From contig JAGWXF010000010.1 of NCBI GenBank assembly GCA_018970025.1, positions 12,133 to 76,132 of the forward strand: a stretch of 64,000 bases of DNA, in the 5' to 3' direction. Below, piece by piece: positions 1 through 9,026 of the stretch (positions within the stretch are counted from its first letter, which is position 1; the number at the start of each line of letters is the position of its first letter). The position numbers and the translations under genes are program-made. The stretch comes from Actinomycetales bacterium (GTDB lineage Bacteria; Actinomycetota; Actinomycetes; S36-B12). A model generated the notes under the pieces. It worked only from the letters and a program-made list of their open reading frames with translations, did not search any database and had not been told where the DNA came from.

Positions 1-109
1 CGGCGAAGACCTCCCCCGTCGAGGGGTTGACCAGGTCACTGGTGCGACCGTCCGAGGCGTCCACTGAGGCCCCGTTGATGAAGTTCCGAAGGACCCGCTT
101 CTCGCTCAC
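1..109 (-). CDS. aldehyde dehydrogenase family protein, N-terminal fragment (gene continues beyond left edge)
   Basis: Absent from the ORF track because it is too short. The reverse complement of 1-109 reads GTG-SEKRVLRNFINGASVDASDGRTSDLVNPSTGEVFA, a typical ALDH N-terminus (NPxTGE). GAGGAG at 115-120 lies 5 nt upstream of GTG 109. Divergent from the Lrp gene. Confidence 0.6.
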   Translation of the reverse strand, partial: MSEKRVLRNFINGASVDASDGRTSDLVNPSTGEVFA

Positions 110-263
110 GTGCACTCCTCGTCCTCGGACCGGCGAAGGACCGGTCAGCCTTCATGGGAGCGTACCGGCAGCGTGCGCAATCGGACGGTCCAGGCTCCCA
201 ATCCGACGGTTTTCGCGGACGCGGTCACGAATCGCCACGGATTCACTTGCCTTCGACCTGCTG

Positions 264-746
264 ATGCAGCACCATGTGGTCGTGCCTGCGCGTCCTCCGA
301 GCGGGCTCGACGACGTCTCTCGCGCGATCATCGAGCAGTTGCAGCAGGACGGGCGCAGGCCGTACTCGGCGATCGGCAAGGCCGTGGGCCTGTCCGAGGC
401 CGCAGTGCGGCAGCGGGTGCAGCGCCTGCAGGACGCGGGCGTGATGCAGATCGTCGCGGTGACCGACCCGATGCAGGTGGGTTTCTCGCGCGCGGCGATG
501 ATCGGCATCCGAGTCGAGGGCGATGTGGAGGCGGTAGCCGGGCAAATCGAGGCACTGCCCGAGGTCGAGTACCTCGTGGTGTGCGCGGGGAGCTTCGACA
601 TCCTTGCCGAGGTCGTCGCCGAGGACGACGACCACCTGCTGTCGGTCGTCGGCAGGCAGATGCGGGCCATCCCGGGCGTGCGATCAACCGAGACCTTCGT
701 CTACCTGAAGCTGCTCAAGCAGTCCTATGCATGGGGAACCAGATGA
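264..746 (+). CDS. Lrp/AsnC family transcriptional regulator
   Basis: ORF 27..746 trimmed to ATG 264. Has an AsnC-type HTH (SRAIIEQLQQDGRRPYSAIGKAVGLSEAAVRQRVQRLQDAGV) plus a C-terminal ligand-binding-domain-like half. Stop TGA 744-746 overlaps the next ATG (ATGA). Confidence 0.9.
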   Translation: MQHHVVVPARPPSGLDDVSRAIIEQLQQDGRRPYSAIGKAVGLSEAAVRQRVQRLQDAGVMQIVAVTDPMQVGFSRAAMIGIRVEGDVEAVAGQIEALPEVEYLVVCAGSFDILAEVVAEDDDHLLSVVGRQMRAIPGVRSTETFVYLKLLKQSYAWGTR

Positions 747-2143
747 CCACCACACCTCAGTACGTCACCGAGTTCGGCGCCGACGCGCTCGGCAATGCGG
801 CCCGCGATCACCTCTGGATGCACTTCACCCGGCACTCGGGCTACTACGAGGGCGGCCATGTGCCCGTAATCGTCCGCGGCGAGGGCCCGTATATCTGGGA
901 CGACCGCGGCAAGCGCTACTTCGACGGCCTTGCCGGGCTGTTCGTCGTGCAGATCGGCCACGGCCGGCGGGAGCTCGCCCAGGCCAGCGCACGGCAGGCA
1001 GAGGAACTGGCCTTCTTCCCGCTGTGGTCCTACGCCCATCCGCGCGCCATCGAGCTGGCCGAGCGCCTTGCCGGCTACGCCCCCGGCGACCTGAACCGCG
1101 TCTTCTTCACCACCGGCGGCGGCGAGGCGGTCGAGAGCGCCTGGAAGCTGGCCAAGCAGTACTTCAAGCTGACCGGCAAGCCGACCAAGCACAAGGTCAT
1201 CAGCCGCTCGGTCGCCTATCACGGCACCCCGCAGGGTGCCCTGTCGATCACCGGCATTCCCAGCGCCAAGATCCCCTTCGAGCCGCTGGTCCCGGGCGGG
1301 CGGAAGGTGCCGAACACGAACTTCTACCGGGCCCCGCTGGAGTTCCGGCAGGACGAGAAGGCATTCGGCCTGTGGGCAGCCGATCGGATCGCGGAGGCGA
1401 TCGAGTTCGAGGGTCCGGACAGCGTCGCAGCGGTCTTCCTGGAGCCAGTGCAGAACTCAGGCGGATGCTTCCCGCCTCCCCCCGGGTACCTGGAGCGCGT
1501 CCGCGAGATCTGCGATCAGTACGACGTGCTGTTCGTGGCAGACGAGACGATCTGCGCGTTCGGACGCATCGGCGACATGTTCGCGATGAACCGCTTCGGG
1601 GTCACGCCCGACATCCTGACCTGCGCCAAGGGGCTGACCTCCGGCTACGCCCCCCTGGGCGCGATGATCGTCAGCGACCGGCTGTTCGAGCCCTACAAGC
1701 ACGGATCGAACTCCTTCCTGCATGGCTACACCTGGGGCGGTCACCCGGTCGCCGCGGCCGTGGCGCTGGCCAACCTGGACATCTTCGAGCGCGAGGGCAT
1801 CAACGAGCATGTCGTCGCGAATGAGGGTGCCTTCCGCCGGACCCTGGAGAAGCTCAGCGACCTGCCCATCGTCGGGGACATCCGCGGTGCCGGCTTCTTC
1901 TACGGCATCGAGCTGGTGAAGGACAAGGCCACGCGGGAGACATTCAATGACGACGAGTGCGAGCGGCTCCTGCGGGGCTTCCTGTCCAAGGCGCTGTTCG
2001 ACAACGGCCTGTACTGCCGTGCCGATGACCGTGGCGACCCGGTCGTCCAGCTCGCGCCGCCACTGATCTGCGGACAGGCGGAGTTCGACGAGATGGAGCA
2101 AATCCTGCGAGCGACGCTGACAGAGGCATGGAGCGTTCTGTGA
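743..2143 (+). CDS. class-III (omega/putrescine-type) PLP-dependent aminotransferase
   Basis: Frame of ORF 110..2143, trimmed to ATG 743 (alternative 731). Motifs FFTTGGGEAVESAWKLAKQY, FVADETICAFGRIG and LTCAKGLTSGYAPLG (PLP lysine) are typical of the family. Confidence 0.9.
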   Translation: MTTTPQYVTEFGADALGNAARDHLWMHFTRHSGYYEGGHVPVIVRGEGPYIWDDRGKRYFDGLAGLFVVQIGHGRRELAQASARQAEELAFFPLWSYAHPRAIELAERLAGYAPGDLNRVFFTTGGGEAVESAWKLAKQYFKLTGKPTKHKVISRSVAYHGTPQGALSITGIPSAKIPFEPLVPGGRKVPNTNFYRAPLEFRQDEKAFGLWAADRIAEAIEFEGPDSVAAVFLEPVQNSGGCFPPPPGYLERVREICDQYDVLFVADETICAFGRIGDMFAMNRFGVTPDILTCAKGLTSGYAPLGAMIVSDRLFEPYKHGSNSFLHGYTWGGHPVAAAVALANLDIFEREGINEHVVANEGAFRRTLEKLSDLPIVGDIRGAGFFYGIELVKDKATRETFNDDECERLLRGFLSKALFDNGLYCRADDRGDPVVQLAPPLICGQAEFDEMEQILRATLTEAWSVL

Positions 2144-2898
2144 ACGCTCAGGGTGAGCCCGAGCGTGCTGTGAACGCTCAGGGTGAGCCCGAGCGTGCTG
2201 TGAACGCTCAGGGTGAGCCCGAGCGTTCTGTGAACGCTCCCGGGTCGACGGAGCGTACGCGGATCCGGAGGATCCCCGAGCGGACGGTCCAGGACAGGAC
2301 GGTGCTCCACGCGATCCTGGACGCAGGACTGGTCGCGCACGTCGCAGTGCAGGACGAGTCCGGTCAGCCGTATGTCATCCCGGTCGGCTACGGCCGTAGA
2401 GGTGACGACGTGCTCTTCCATGGCTCGACCGGATCACGGCTATTCCGCAGCCTGGCTGCTGGCCAGCCGACCTGCCTGACGGTCACCCTCCTCGATGGCC
2501 TGGTCCTGGCCCGCAGTGCCTTCGAGTCGAGCATGAACTACCGGTCGGTGATGGTGCTCGGGGTCGCGCGCCGGCTGAGCGGGGATGACGAGCTCGATGC
2601 GCTCCGGGCGATCTCCGAGCACCTGCTGCCCGGGCGCTGGGCGGATATCAGGCACCCGTCGGCGAAGGAGCGGGCAGCGACCCTGACCCTGGCCCTGCCG
2701 CTTGACGAGTGCTCGGTCAAGGTGCGCACGGGTGGTCCGGAGGATCTCGAGGAGGATGTCGCTGACCCGGTGTTCGGCGGTGTCTGGGCCGGGCACGTGC
2801 CGCTCACCGAGAGCTTCGGCGCTCCGGTCCCCTGCGACAACAACACCGCAGGGCTGACGCCCACGTACATCGAAACCTGGCATCGGCCGGCACCATGA
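2128..2898 (+). CDS. pyridoxamine 5'-phosphate oxidase-family (flavin-binding split-barrel) protein
   Basis: RIPERTVQDRTVLHAILDAGLVAHVAVQDESGQPYVIPVGY...FHGSTGSRL resembles the PNPOx-like family. The start is ambiguous: ATG 2128 adds 34 aa of ER(S/A)VNAQGEP repeats, while GTG 2230 gives a family-typical N-terminus. The stop overlaps the next ATG (ATGA at 2895). Confidence 0.8.
   Translation: MERSVNAQGEPERAVNAQGEPERAVNAQGEPERSVNAPGSTERTRIRRIPERTVQDRTVLHAILDAGLVAHVAVQDESGQPYVIPVGYGRRGDDVLFHGSTGSRLFRSLAAGQPTCLTVTLLDGLVLARSAFESSMNYRSVMVLGVARRLSGDDELDALRAISEHLLPGRWADIRHPSAKERAATLTLALPLDECSVKVRTGGPEDLEEDVADPVFGGVWAGHVPLTESFGAPVPCDNNTAGLTPTYIETWHRPAP
2131..2250. repeat. 30-bp tandem repeat, 3 near-identical units plus 1 diverged unit
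   Basis: The unit gagcgtKctgtgaacgctcagggtgagccc occurs at 2131-2160, 2161-2190 and 2191-2220. A fourth unit at 2221-2250 is diverged in its 3' half. The next gagcgt follows at 2251. Confidence 0.95.
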
Positions 2899-4322
2899 GC
2901 GCACCCACCGCCACGAGTTCATCGGGCGGCCGCCTGTCAGGCGTCGCGCACCCGGGACGCTCCCTGTGGTCCGACACCCTTCCTGCCGACCTGGATACTC
3001 CCATCGGTGCACCCCTGGATGGGGATAGCGACGTCGATATCGCCATCGTGGGCGGCGGGTTCACCGGCCTGTGGACCGCCTACTACCTGCTGGGGCGCGA
3101 CCCGAGCCTGCGCATCGCGGTGCTGGAGGCGCAGCACGTGGGGTTCGGGGCCAGCGGCCGCAACGGCGGCTGGGCATCGGCCCTGTTCCCGGTCAGCCTG
3201 GCCGCCCTGGCACGGCGCTCCTCACGGGAGGCGGCGATTCGCCAGAAGCATGCGATGCATGCGTCCGTGGCGGAGATCGGACGAGTGGCGGCAGCCGAGG
3301 GCTGGCAGATCGACTGGCACCAAGGCGGGACGGTCACCTTCGCCCGTACCCCGCTGCAGTGGGCGGCAGCGCAGGATGAGATCGCGAGCCTGCGCGCATG
3401 GGGCTTCGGCGAGGCCGATTACGCGCTCCTCGATCGAGAGCAGGCTCGGGCGAAGGCCAGGGCAACCGACGTCATCGGAGCCACGTTCACCCCGCACTGC
3501 GCCGCGATCCATCCGCTGAAGCTGGTGCGGAGCCTCGGGCTCCGGGTGCGGGGTCTCGGCGGGCGCGTCCACGAGGGCACCCAGGTGACCCGCATCGAGC
3601 CGGGGGTCGTACATACGCGCCAGGGCAGGGTGCGCGCCGAGACCATTGTCCGGGCAACCGAGGCCTTCACCAGAACCCTCGACGGTCACCCTCGCACCAT
3701 CGCCCCGGTCTACTCGCTGATGATCGCGACCGAGCCCCTGCCACAGGATGCCTGGGACCGTATCGGCATGGCCGACCGTCCGACCTTCAGCGATGGGCGC
3801 CACCTGATCATCTACGGCCAGCGCACGGCGGATGGGCGGCTTGCCTTCGGCGGGCGCGGAGCGCCCTACCACTTCGGCTCCCGAGTCTCTGCGGGGCAGG
3901 ACGTGAACGCCCGCGTGCAGGAGGGGCTGGCCCAGACCCTGCACGAGCTGTTCCCCGCTATCGGCGACGCATCGATCACCCATGCCTGGGGCGGGCCCGT
4001 GGGCATCGCCCGCGACTGGTGGGCCTCCTGCGGCCTGGATCGCACGACCGGGCTGGCCTGGGCGGGAGGCTATGTCGGCGATGGGGTTGGGACGTCCAAC
4101 CTCGCCGGGCGCACCCTCGCGGACCTCATCCTGCGCCGGGATACCGACCTGACCTGCCTGCCCTGGGTCGGTCATCGCTCTCGGAAATGGGAGCCGGAGC
4201 CGTTCCGCTGGCTTGGCACCAACCTGGGCCTGCGGGTCATCACGAGCGCCGACCGCATCGAGGCACGCACGGGCAGGCCGACCAGGCGCGCAGCCATCTT
4301 CGGACGGGCCCTCGGCCACTGA
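2895..4322 (+). CDS. FAD-dependent oxidoreductase (DAO family, gamma-glutamylputrescine-oxidase-like)
   Basis: Dinucleotide-binding motif VDIAIVGGGFTGLWTAYYL near the N-terminus, and a DAO-family length of 475 aa. Confidence 0.9.
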   Translation: MSAPTATSSSGGRLSGVAHPGRSLWSDTLPADLDTPIGAPLDGDSDVDIAIVGGGFTGLWTAYYLLGRDPSLRIAVLEAQHVGFGASGRNGGWASALFPVSLAALARRSSREAAIRQKHAMHASVAEIGRVAAAEGWQIDWHQGGTVTFARTPLQWAAAQDEIASLRAWGFGEADYALLDREQARAKARATDVIGATFTPHCAAIHPLKLVRSLGLRVRGLGGRVHEGTQVTRIEPGVVHTRQGRVRAETIVRATEAFTRTLDGHPRTIAPVYSLMIATEPLPQDAWDRIGMADRPTFSDGRHLIIYGQRTADGRLAFGGRGAPYHFGSRVSAGQDVNARVQEGLAQTLHELFPAIGDASITHAWGGPVGIARDWWASCGLDRTTGLAWAGGYVGDGVGTSNLAGRTLADLILRRDTDLTCLPWVGHRSRKWEPEPFRWLGTNLGLRVITSADRIEARTGRPTRRAAIFGRALGH

Positions 4323-4333
4323 GGCCCACTGGG

Positions 4334-5551
4334 CTAGCGCAGGCGAACTGCTGCTGAGCGGACCTCCTCGATCGTCGGCGCGCCAATGAGCTGCATGGTG
4401 GTTCGGACCTCCTTGGCCAGGATGTCGACCACTCGGCGCACGCCATCCTCGCCGCCGGCCATGAGGCCGTACAGGTAGGCGCGGCCGACGAGCACACCGC
4501 GCGCGCCGAACGCCAGGGCAGCGACGATGTCGGTGCCGGACATGATCCCGCCGTCGATGTAGACCTCGGTGCGGTCGCCGACCTCGACGGCGACCTGGGG
4601 CAGGATCTCCAGCGGGACGTTGCCCATGTCGGCCTGGCGTCCGCCATGGTTCGACAGCACGATCGCGTCGACCCCGAGATCAGCGCAGGCCGTGGCGTCC
4701 TCAACGCTCTGGATCCCCTTGACGACCACCTTGCCCGCCCAGTTCGATCGGATCCAGGCGATATCGGCACCGGTGATGCCGGGGTCGAAGATCCGGGTCA
4801 GCAAATCCCCCACGGTGCCACCGGTGGAGTCCAGGGAGGCGAAGGTCAGCGGCTCGGTCGTGAGGACGTCGAACCACCAGCGCGGATGAGTCGCCATCTC
4901 GGCCATCGTCGACAGGCGCAGCCGGGGCGGGATGGTGAGCCCATTGCGCACCTCGCGGCGCCGGATCCCGCCCACCGCGGTGTCGACGGTGAGGATGAGG
5001 GCGTCGAATCCGCTGGCCTGGGCGCGGCGCATGAGATCCTCCGCACGCTCCCGCTCGCGCGAGACGTACAGCTGGAACCACCGACGAGTGTCCGGGCTCT
5101 CCTGGGCGAGCCGCTCGATCGACGTCGTCCCCAGCGTCGACAGGCCGTAGGCGATGCCGGCCTCTGCGGCAACCCGTGCGACGGCAGGCTCGCCGACGGA
5201 CTGCATCATCCGGGTGAAGCCAGTCGGCGCGAGGATGAACGGAAGGGCGTTGGGCCGGCCGAGAACCTCGATGCCCATGTCCACCTCGGCGACATCGCGC
5301 ATGACCCGCGGGGTGAACTCCACCCGTCGATAGGCATCTCGGCTGCGATCCAGGCTCGACTCCGACATGGCAGCACCGTCGGTGTAGTCGAAGACCGCCT
5401 TGGGCACGCGCTTGCGGGCCAGTTCGCGGACGTCCCAGACGCTCGCGCAGCGCTCCAGCCGGCGCTGCAGCCTGGACTTGCTTCGATCAGGGGTCCCGAT
5501 GAGCGGGAGGATGTCAGCCGGCCTGGGAACTCGTCGGCGCATCGCCGCCAT
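4334..5551 (-). CDS. FMN-dependent alpha-hydroxy-acid dehydrogenase/oxidase (L-lactate dehydrogenase LldD-like)
   Basis: Family motifs VVKGIQSVEDA and IVLSNHGGRQ. It is the last gene of the rhamnose operon, 12 nt downstream of the rhaB stop. Confidence 0.9.
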   Translation of the reverse strand: MAAMRRRVPRPADILPLIGTPDRSKSRLQRRLERCASVWDVRELARKRVPKAVFDYTDGAAMSESSLDRSRDAYRRVEFTPRVMRDVAEVDMGIEVLGRPNALPFILAPTGFTRMMQSVGEPAVARVAAEAGIAYGLSTLGTTSIERLAQESPDTRRWFQLYVSRERERAEDLMRRAQASGFDALILTVDTAVGGIRRREVRNGLTIPPRLRLSTMAEMATHPRWWFDVLTTEPLTFASLDSTGGTVGDLLTRIFDPGITGADIAWIRSNWAGKVVVKGIQSVEDATACADLGVDAIVLSNHGGRQADMGNVPLEILPQVAVEVGDRTEVYIDGGIMSGTDIVAALAFGARGVLVGRAYLYGLMAGGEDGVRRVVDILAKEVRTTMQLIGAPTIEEVRSAAVRLR

Positions 5552-5563
5552 CCTCCTTGATCC

Positions 5564-6982
5564 TCATGCCGTCAGTCGCCCGGCGAACTCCTGCCAGGAT
5601 GCATGATTGCCTACCGGCTCGAAGGCGCGGATCTCGGGCAGGGTGGCAATGGCTGCGCGCGCCTGCGCTAGGCCGCCGACCGCGCCGAGTGCCTGCCACT
5701 GGACGACCGCATTGCCCAGCGCTGTTGCCTCGACTGGCCCGGCGACGACGCGCATCGCGGTCGCATCGGCCAGCCACTGCATCACCATGTCCATCCGGCT
5801 CGCTCCGCCGACGACATGCAAGGTCCCCCGCTGGCCGCCCAGCAGCCCGGCAATCTCCTGGGCTCGCACCGCGATACGCGCCACCATCGACTCCAGGATG
5901 GCGCGCACCACCGCTCCCCTGCTGCCATCCCAGGCGCCCACCACGTGCCGCTCGATGGTGTGCGGGCCCTGGCCAGGCGCCGCCAGGTCAGGGGCATCGA
6001 CATCGAAGGCGGCAGCGAAGGCCGGCGCATCAGCAGCCGCCCGAAGGAGCGACGGCACATCGGGCTCGGCACCGTCCTGTCGACCCCAGTACCTGCGGCA
6101 CTCCTCCAGCAGCCACATCCCGCACACGTTTCGCAGCAGTCGGACCGTCCCGTCGACGCCGAGCTCGTGCGTGACATTGCATGCCTGTGCCCGCGCATCC
6201 GGGACGGCGCCGACCGCCTCAGCGCCGATCAGCGCCCACGTCCCCAGGGAGAGGATCAGGGCGGTATCGCGGTCCTCGATCGGAGCGCCGACGAAGGCGC
6301 TTGCCGTGTCATGGGTGGCCACCCCGATGAGCGGAAGGTCGCTCAGCCCGTCGAATGCGCCGCGGATCGTGCCTGGCTCATCGGTTGCCGGGAAGCAGGC
6401 CTGGTCCAGGCCGAGCGCGCGCAGGACCGTCGCAGACCACTGGCGAGTCCGCGGATCGACCATGCCGGTACTGGATGCGTTCGTCACGTCTGCGGCCATC
6501 GTCCCGGTGAAGATCCAGGCCAGCAGGTCGGGGACCATCAGGAAGGTCGAGCCCTCGGTGAGCCGCTGCGGATCATCGGTCGCGATCTGGTAGATCGTGT
6601 TGATGGGCATGCGCTGGATACCCGTGATGGCGTACAGGTCGCTCCAGCTGATCCGGGCGTCGACGACGCCGATACCGGCCGCATGCCGCGGATCGCGGTA
6701 GGCCCCTACCGGGCCGACGAGCATGCCCTCGCGAACGACCCCGTAGTCGACGGCCCAGGTGTCGATGCCCACGGATACCGCGCCGAGGTCGCGTGCCGCC
6801 AGCACTCCGGCCCGCACCTCATCGCGCAGGGCGCTGATATCCCAGGCCCACCGACCATCGTGCTGCCGAGGCTGGTTCGCGAATCGTCGAACCTCCTGCA
6901 GTGCCGGCCCGTCGGCGGTGAGCTCGGCGAGCATGACCCGGCCGCTGGTGGCACCGATGTCGACCGCGGCGACCTTCGTCAT
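5564..6982 (-). CDS. rhaB: rhamnulokinase (FGGY carbohydrate kinase)
   Basis: ORF 5564..7228 trimmed to ATG 6982 (MTKVAAVDIGATSGRVMLAEL), 4 nt after the stop of the upstream gene. FGGY N- and C-domains are recognisable, and the context is a rhamnose locus. Confidence 0.9.
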   Translation of the reverse strand: MTKVAAVDIGATSGRVMLAELTADGPALQEVRRFANQPRQHDGRWAWDISALRDEVRAGVLAARDLGAVSVGIDTWAVDYGVVREGMLVGPVGAYRDPRHAAGIGVVDARISWSDLYAITGIQRMPINTIYQIATDDPQRLTEGSTFLMVPDLLAWIFTGTMAADVTNASSTGMVDPRTRQWSATVLRALGLDQACFPATDEPGTIRGAFDGLSDLPLIGVATHDTASAFVGAPIEDRDTALILSLGTWALIGAEAVGAVPDARAQACNVTHELGVDGTVRLLRNVCGMWLLEECRRYWGRQDGAEPDVPSLLRAAADAPAFAAAFDVDAPDLAAPGQGPHTIERHVVGAWDGSRGAVVRAILESMVARIAVRAQEIAGLLGGQRGTLHVVGGASRMDMVMQWLADATAMRVVAGPVEATALGNAVVQWQALGAVGGLAQARAAIATLPEIRAFEPVGNHASWQEFAGRLTA

Positions 6983-6986
6983 GGCA

Positions 6987-9026
6987 CTAGCGCAGGAAGG
7001 CGGCCGCGACGCCGGAGTCGACCGGGACCAGCAGGCCTGTCGTGCGGGAGAACTCGTCGGACACCAGGGCCGCAGCGGCCAGGGCCACATGCTCCGGCAG
7101 TACCTCGCGCTTGAGCAGGGTTCGGTTGGCATAGAACTGGCCGAGGTCCTTCTCCTCGACCCCGTAGACCGCGGCGCGATTGGCACCCCAGCCGCTGGCG
7201 AAGATGCCCGATCCCTGGACGACGCCATCCGGGTTGATGCCGTTGACCCGGATCCCGAACTCGCCGAGCTCGGCGGCCAGCAGGCGCACCTGATGGGCCT
7301 GGTCGGCCTTCGTCGCGCTGTAGGCGATGTTGGACGGCCCGGCGAAGATCGCGTTCTTGCTGGCGATGTAGACGATGTCGCCGCCGATGCCCTGCGCGAT
7401 CATGACGCGGGCAGCCTCGCGCGAGACGAGGAACGATCCGCGGGCCATGACGTCATGCTGCAGGTCCCAGTCGGCTGCAGTGGTCTCCAGCAGCGGTCGC
7501 GACAGGCTGAGCCCTGCGTTGTTGACCACGATGTCGACACCGCCGAAGGCCAGGCAGGCGGCATCCATGGCCGCTCGGATCTCGTCCTCGCTGGTGACGT
7601 CCGCACGCAGGCCGACCGCCACATCGGGCCCGCCGAGGTCAGCTGCCACCTGCTCGGCCTTCGCCGCATCGAGGTCCGCGATGACCACGCAGCCGCCATC
7701 GGCGACGAGGGCGCGGGCGATGGCAAGCCCGATGCCGCTGGCCGCCCCGGTGACCAGGGCCACTCGGGCCGCCAGTCGCTTGGGCTTGGGCAGCCGGCGG
7801 AGCTTGGCCTCCTCCAGCTCCCAGTACTCGATCCGGAACTTCTCCCGCTCCGGGATCGGGGCGTAGGTACTGAGCGCCTCCGCTCCCCGCATCACGTTGA
7901 TTGCATTCACGTAGAACTCGCCGGCCACCCGGGCCGTCTGCTTGTTGGCACCGAAGGAGAACATCCCGACGCCGGGCACCAGCACGATCGCCGGGTCCGC
8001 CCCGCGCATCGGCGGGCTGTCGGGCGAGGCATGCCGGTCGTAGTAGGCCGCGTAGTCGACCCGGTAGGCCTCGTGGAGGGCCTGCAGCCGCTCGATGCAC
8101 TCCTCGACCGTGGCATCGGCAGGCAGGTCCAGCACCATCGGGCTCACCTTGGTGCGCAGGAAGTGATCCGGGCAGCTGGTGCCCAGGCGGGCGAGCGGCT
8201 CCAGCTTCTCCCGGCTCATGAAGTCCAGGACGACATCGCTGTCGTCGAAGTGGCCGACCATGCGACGGTCCCGCGAGGCGATCCCCCGGATGACCGGCGC
8301 CAGGGCCGCGGCCTTGGCCCGGCGGTCGGCAGCGGACAACGGCTCGAAGCCCGGGCGCACCGCACCGAAGGGCTCAGCCGAGCCGTGCTCGGCGATGTAG
8401 GCCTCAGCCGTGCGGATGATCCATAGCGAGTTCTCCTCGCACTCCTGGCTGGTCGCACCCCAGGCGGTGATGCCATGCCCGCCCAGGACGCAGCCGATCG
8501 CCTGCGGATTGGCTCGCTGGATATCCCGGATATCCAGTCCGAGCTGGAAGCCGGGCCGTCGCCAAGGCACCCAGACCACTCGGTCCCCGAAGCACTCCTG
8601 GGTGATCCGCGGGCCGTCGAGGGCCGTAGCGATCGCGATCCCCGAGTCGGGGTGCAGGTGGTCGACATGGGCCAGGTCGACCAGCCCGTGCATGGCCGTG
8701 TCGATGGAGGGTGCCGCACCACCGGTGCCGTGCAGGCAGTAGGCGAAGGCGTGCACCATCTCATCCTCGCGGTCAACCCCGGGATAGACATCGACGAGCC
8801 CGCGCATGCGATCCAGCCGAAGCACGCTGACGCCAGCCTCCGTCAGGGTGCCCAGGTCACCGCCGGATCCCTTCACCCACAGCAGCTCGACCTCCCCCTG
8901 CGTCACCGGATCGATCCCCACGCCCTTGGCGGAGGTGTTGCCGCCGGCGTAGTTGGTATTCCGCTTGTCTCTGCCCAGTCGGTTCGATCGCTCGAGGAGA
9001 TCCGCCAGCGCGGGATCCATGCTCAT
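6987..9026 (-). CDS. rhaEW: bifunctional rhamnulose-1-phosphate aldolase / short-chain dehydrogenase (RhaEW type)
   Basis: ORF 6987..9329 trimmed to ATG 9026 (MSMDPALADLLERSNRLG), which forms an ATGA overlap with the rhaI stop. N-terminal class-II aldolase half, C-terminal SDR half (ALVTGAASGIGLAIA; YSATKAD). Confidence 0.9.
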   Translation of the reverse strand: MSMDPALADLLERSNRLGRDKRNTNYAGGNTSAKGVGIDPVTQGEVELLWVKGSGGDLGTLTEAGVSVLRLDRMRGLVDVYPGVDREDEMVHAFAYCLHGTGGAAPSIDTAMHGLVDLAHVDHLHPDSGIAIATALDGPRITQECFGDRVVWVPWRRPGFQLGLDIRDIQRANPQAIGCVLGGHGITAWGATSQECEENSLWIIRTAEAYIAEHGSAEPFGAVRPGFEPLSAADRRAKAAALAPVIRGIASRDRRMVGHFDDSDVVLDFMSREKLEPLARLGTSCPDHFLRTKVSPMVLDLPADATVEECIERLQALHEAYRVDYAAYYDRHASPDSPPMRGADPAIVLVPGVGMFSFGANKQTARVAGEFYVNAINVMRGAEALSTYAPIPEREKFRIEYWELEEAKLRRLPKPKRLAARVALVTGAASGIGLAIARALVADGGCVVIADLDAAKAEQVAADLGGPDVAVGLRADVTSEDEIRAAMDAACLAFGGVDIVVNNAGLSLSRPLLETTAADWDLQHDVMARGSFLVSREAARVMIAQGIGGDIVYIASKNAIFAGPSNIAYSATKADQAHQVRLLAAELGEFGIRVNGINPDGVVQGSGIFASGWGANRAAVYGVEEKDLGQFYANRTLLKREVLPEHVALAAAALVSDEFSRTTGLLVPVDSGVAAAFLR

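Noticed and set aside
2131-2250. Whether the 30-bp direct repeats here (and at 61939-62042) form a CRISPR array.
   Set aside because: The units are strictly head-to-tail with no spacers, lie in-frame inside coding sequence, and have no cas genes or leader nearby. They are tandem duplications, not CRISPR.
4323-4333. The short palindrome gcccactgggc between the convergent FAD-oxidoreductase and LldD-like genes, considered as a bidirectional terminator.
   Set aside because: The arms are only 5 bp with a 1-nt centre, so no stable hairpin can form. The 11-bp gap is simply too short to hold a terminator.
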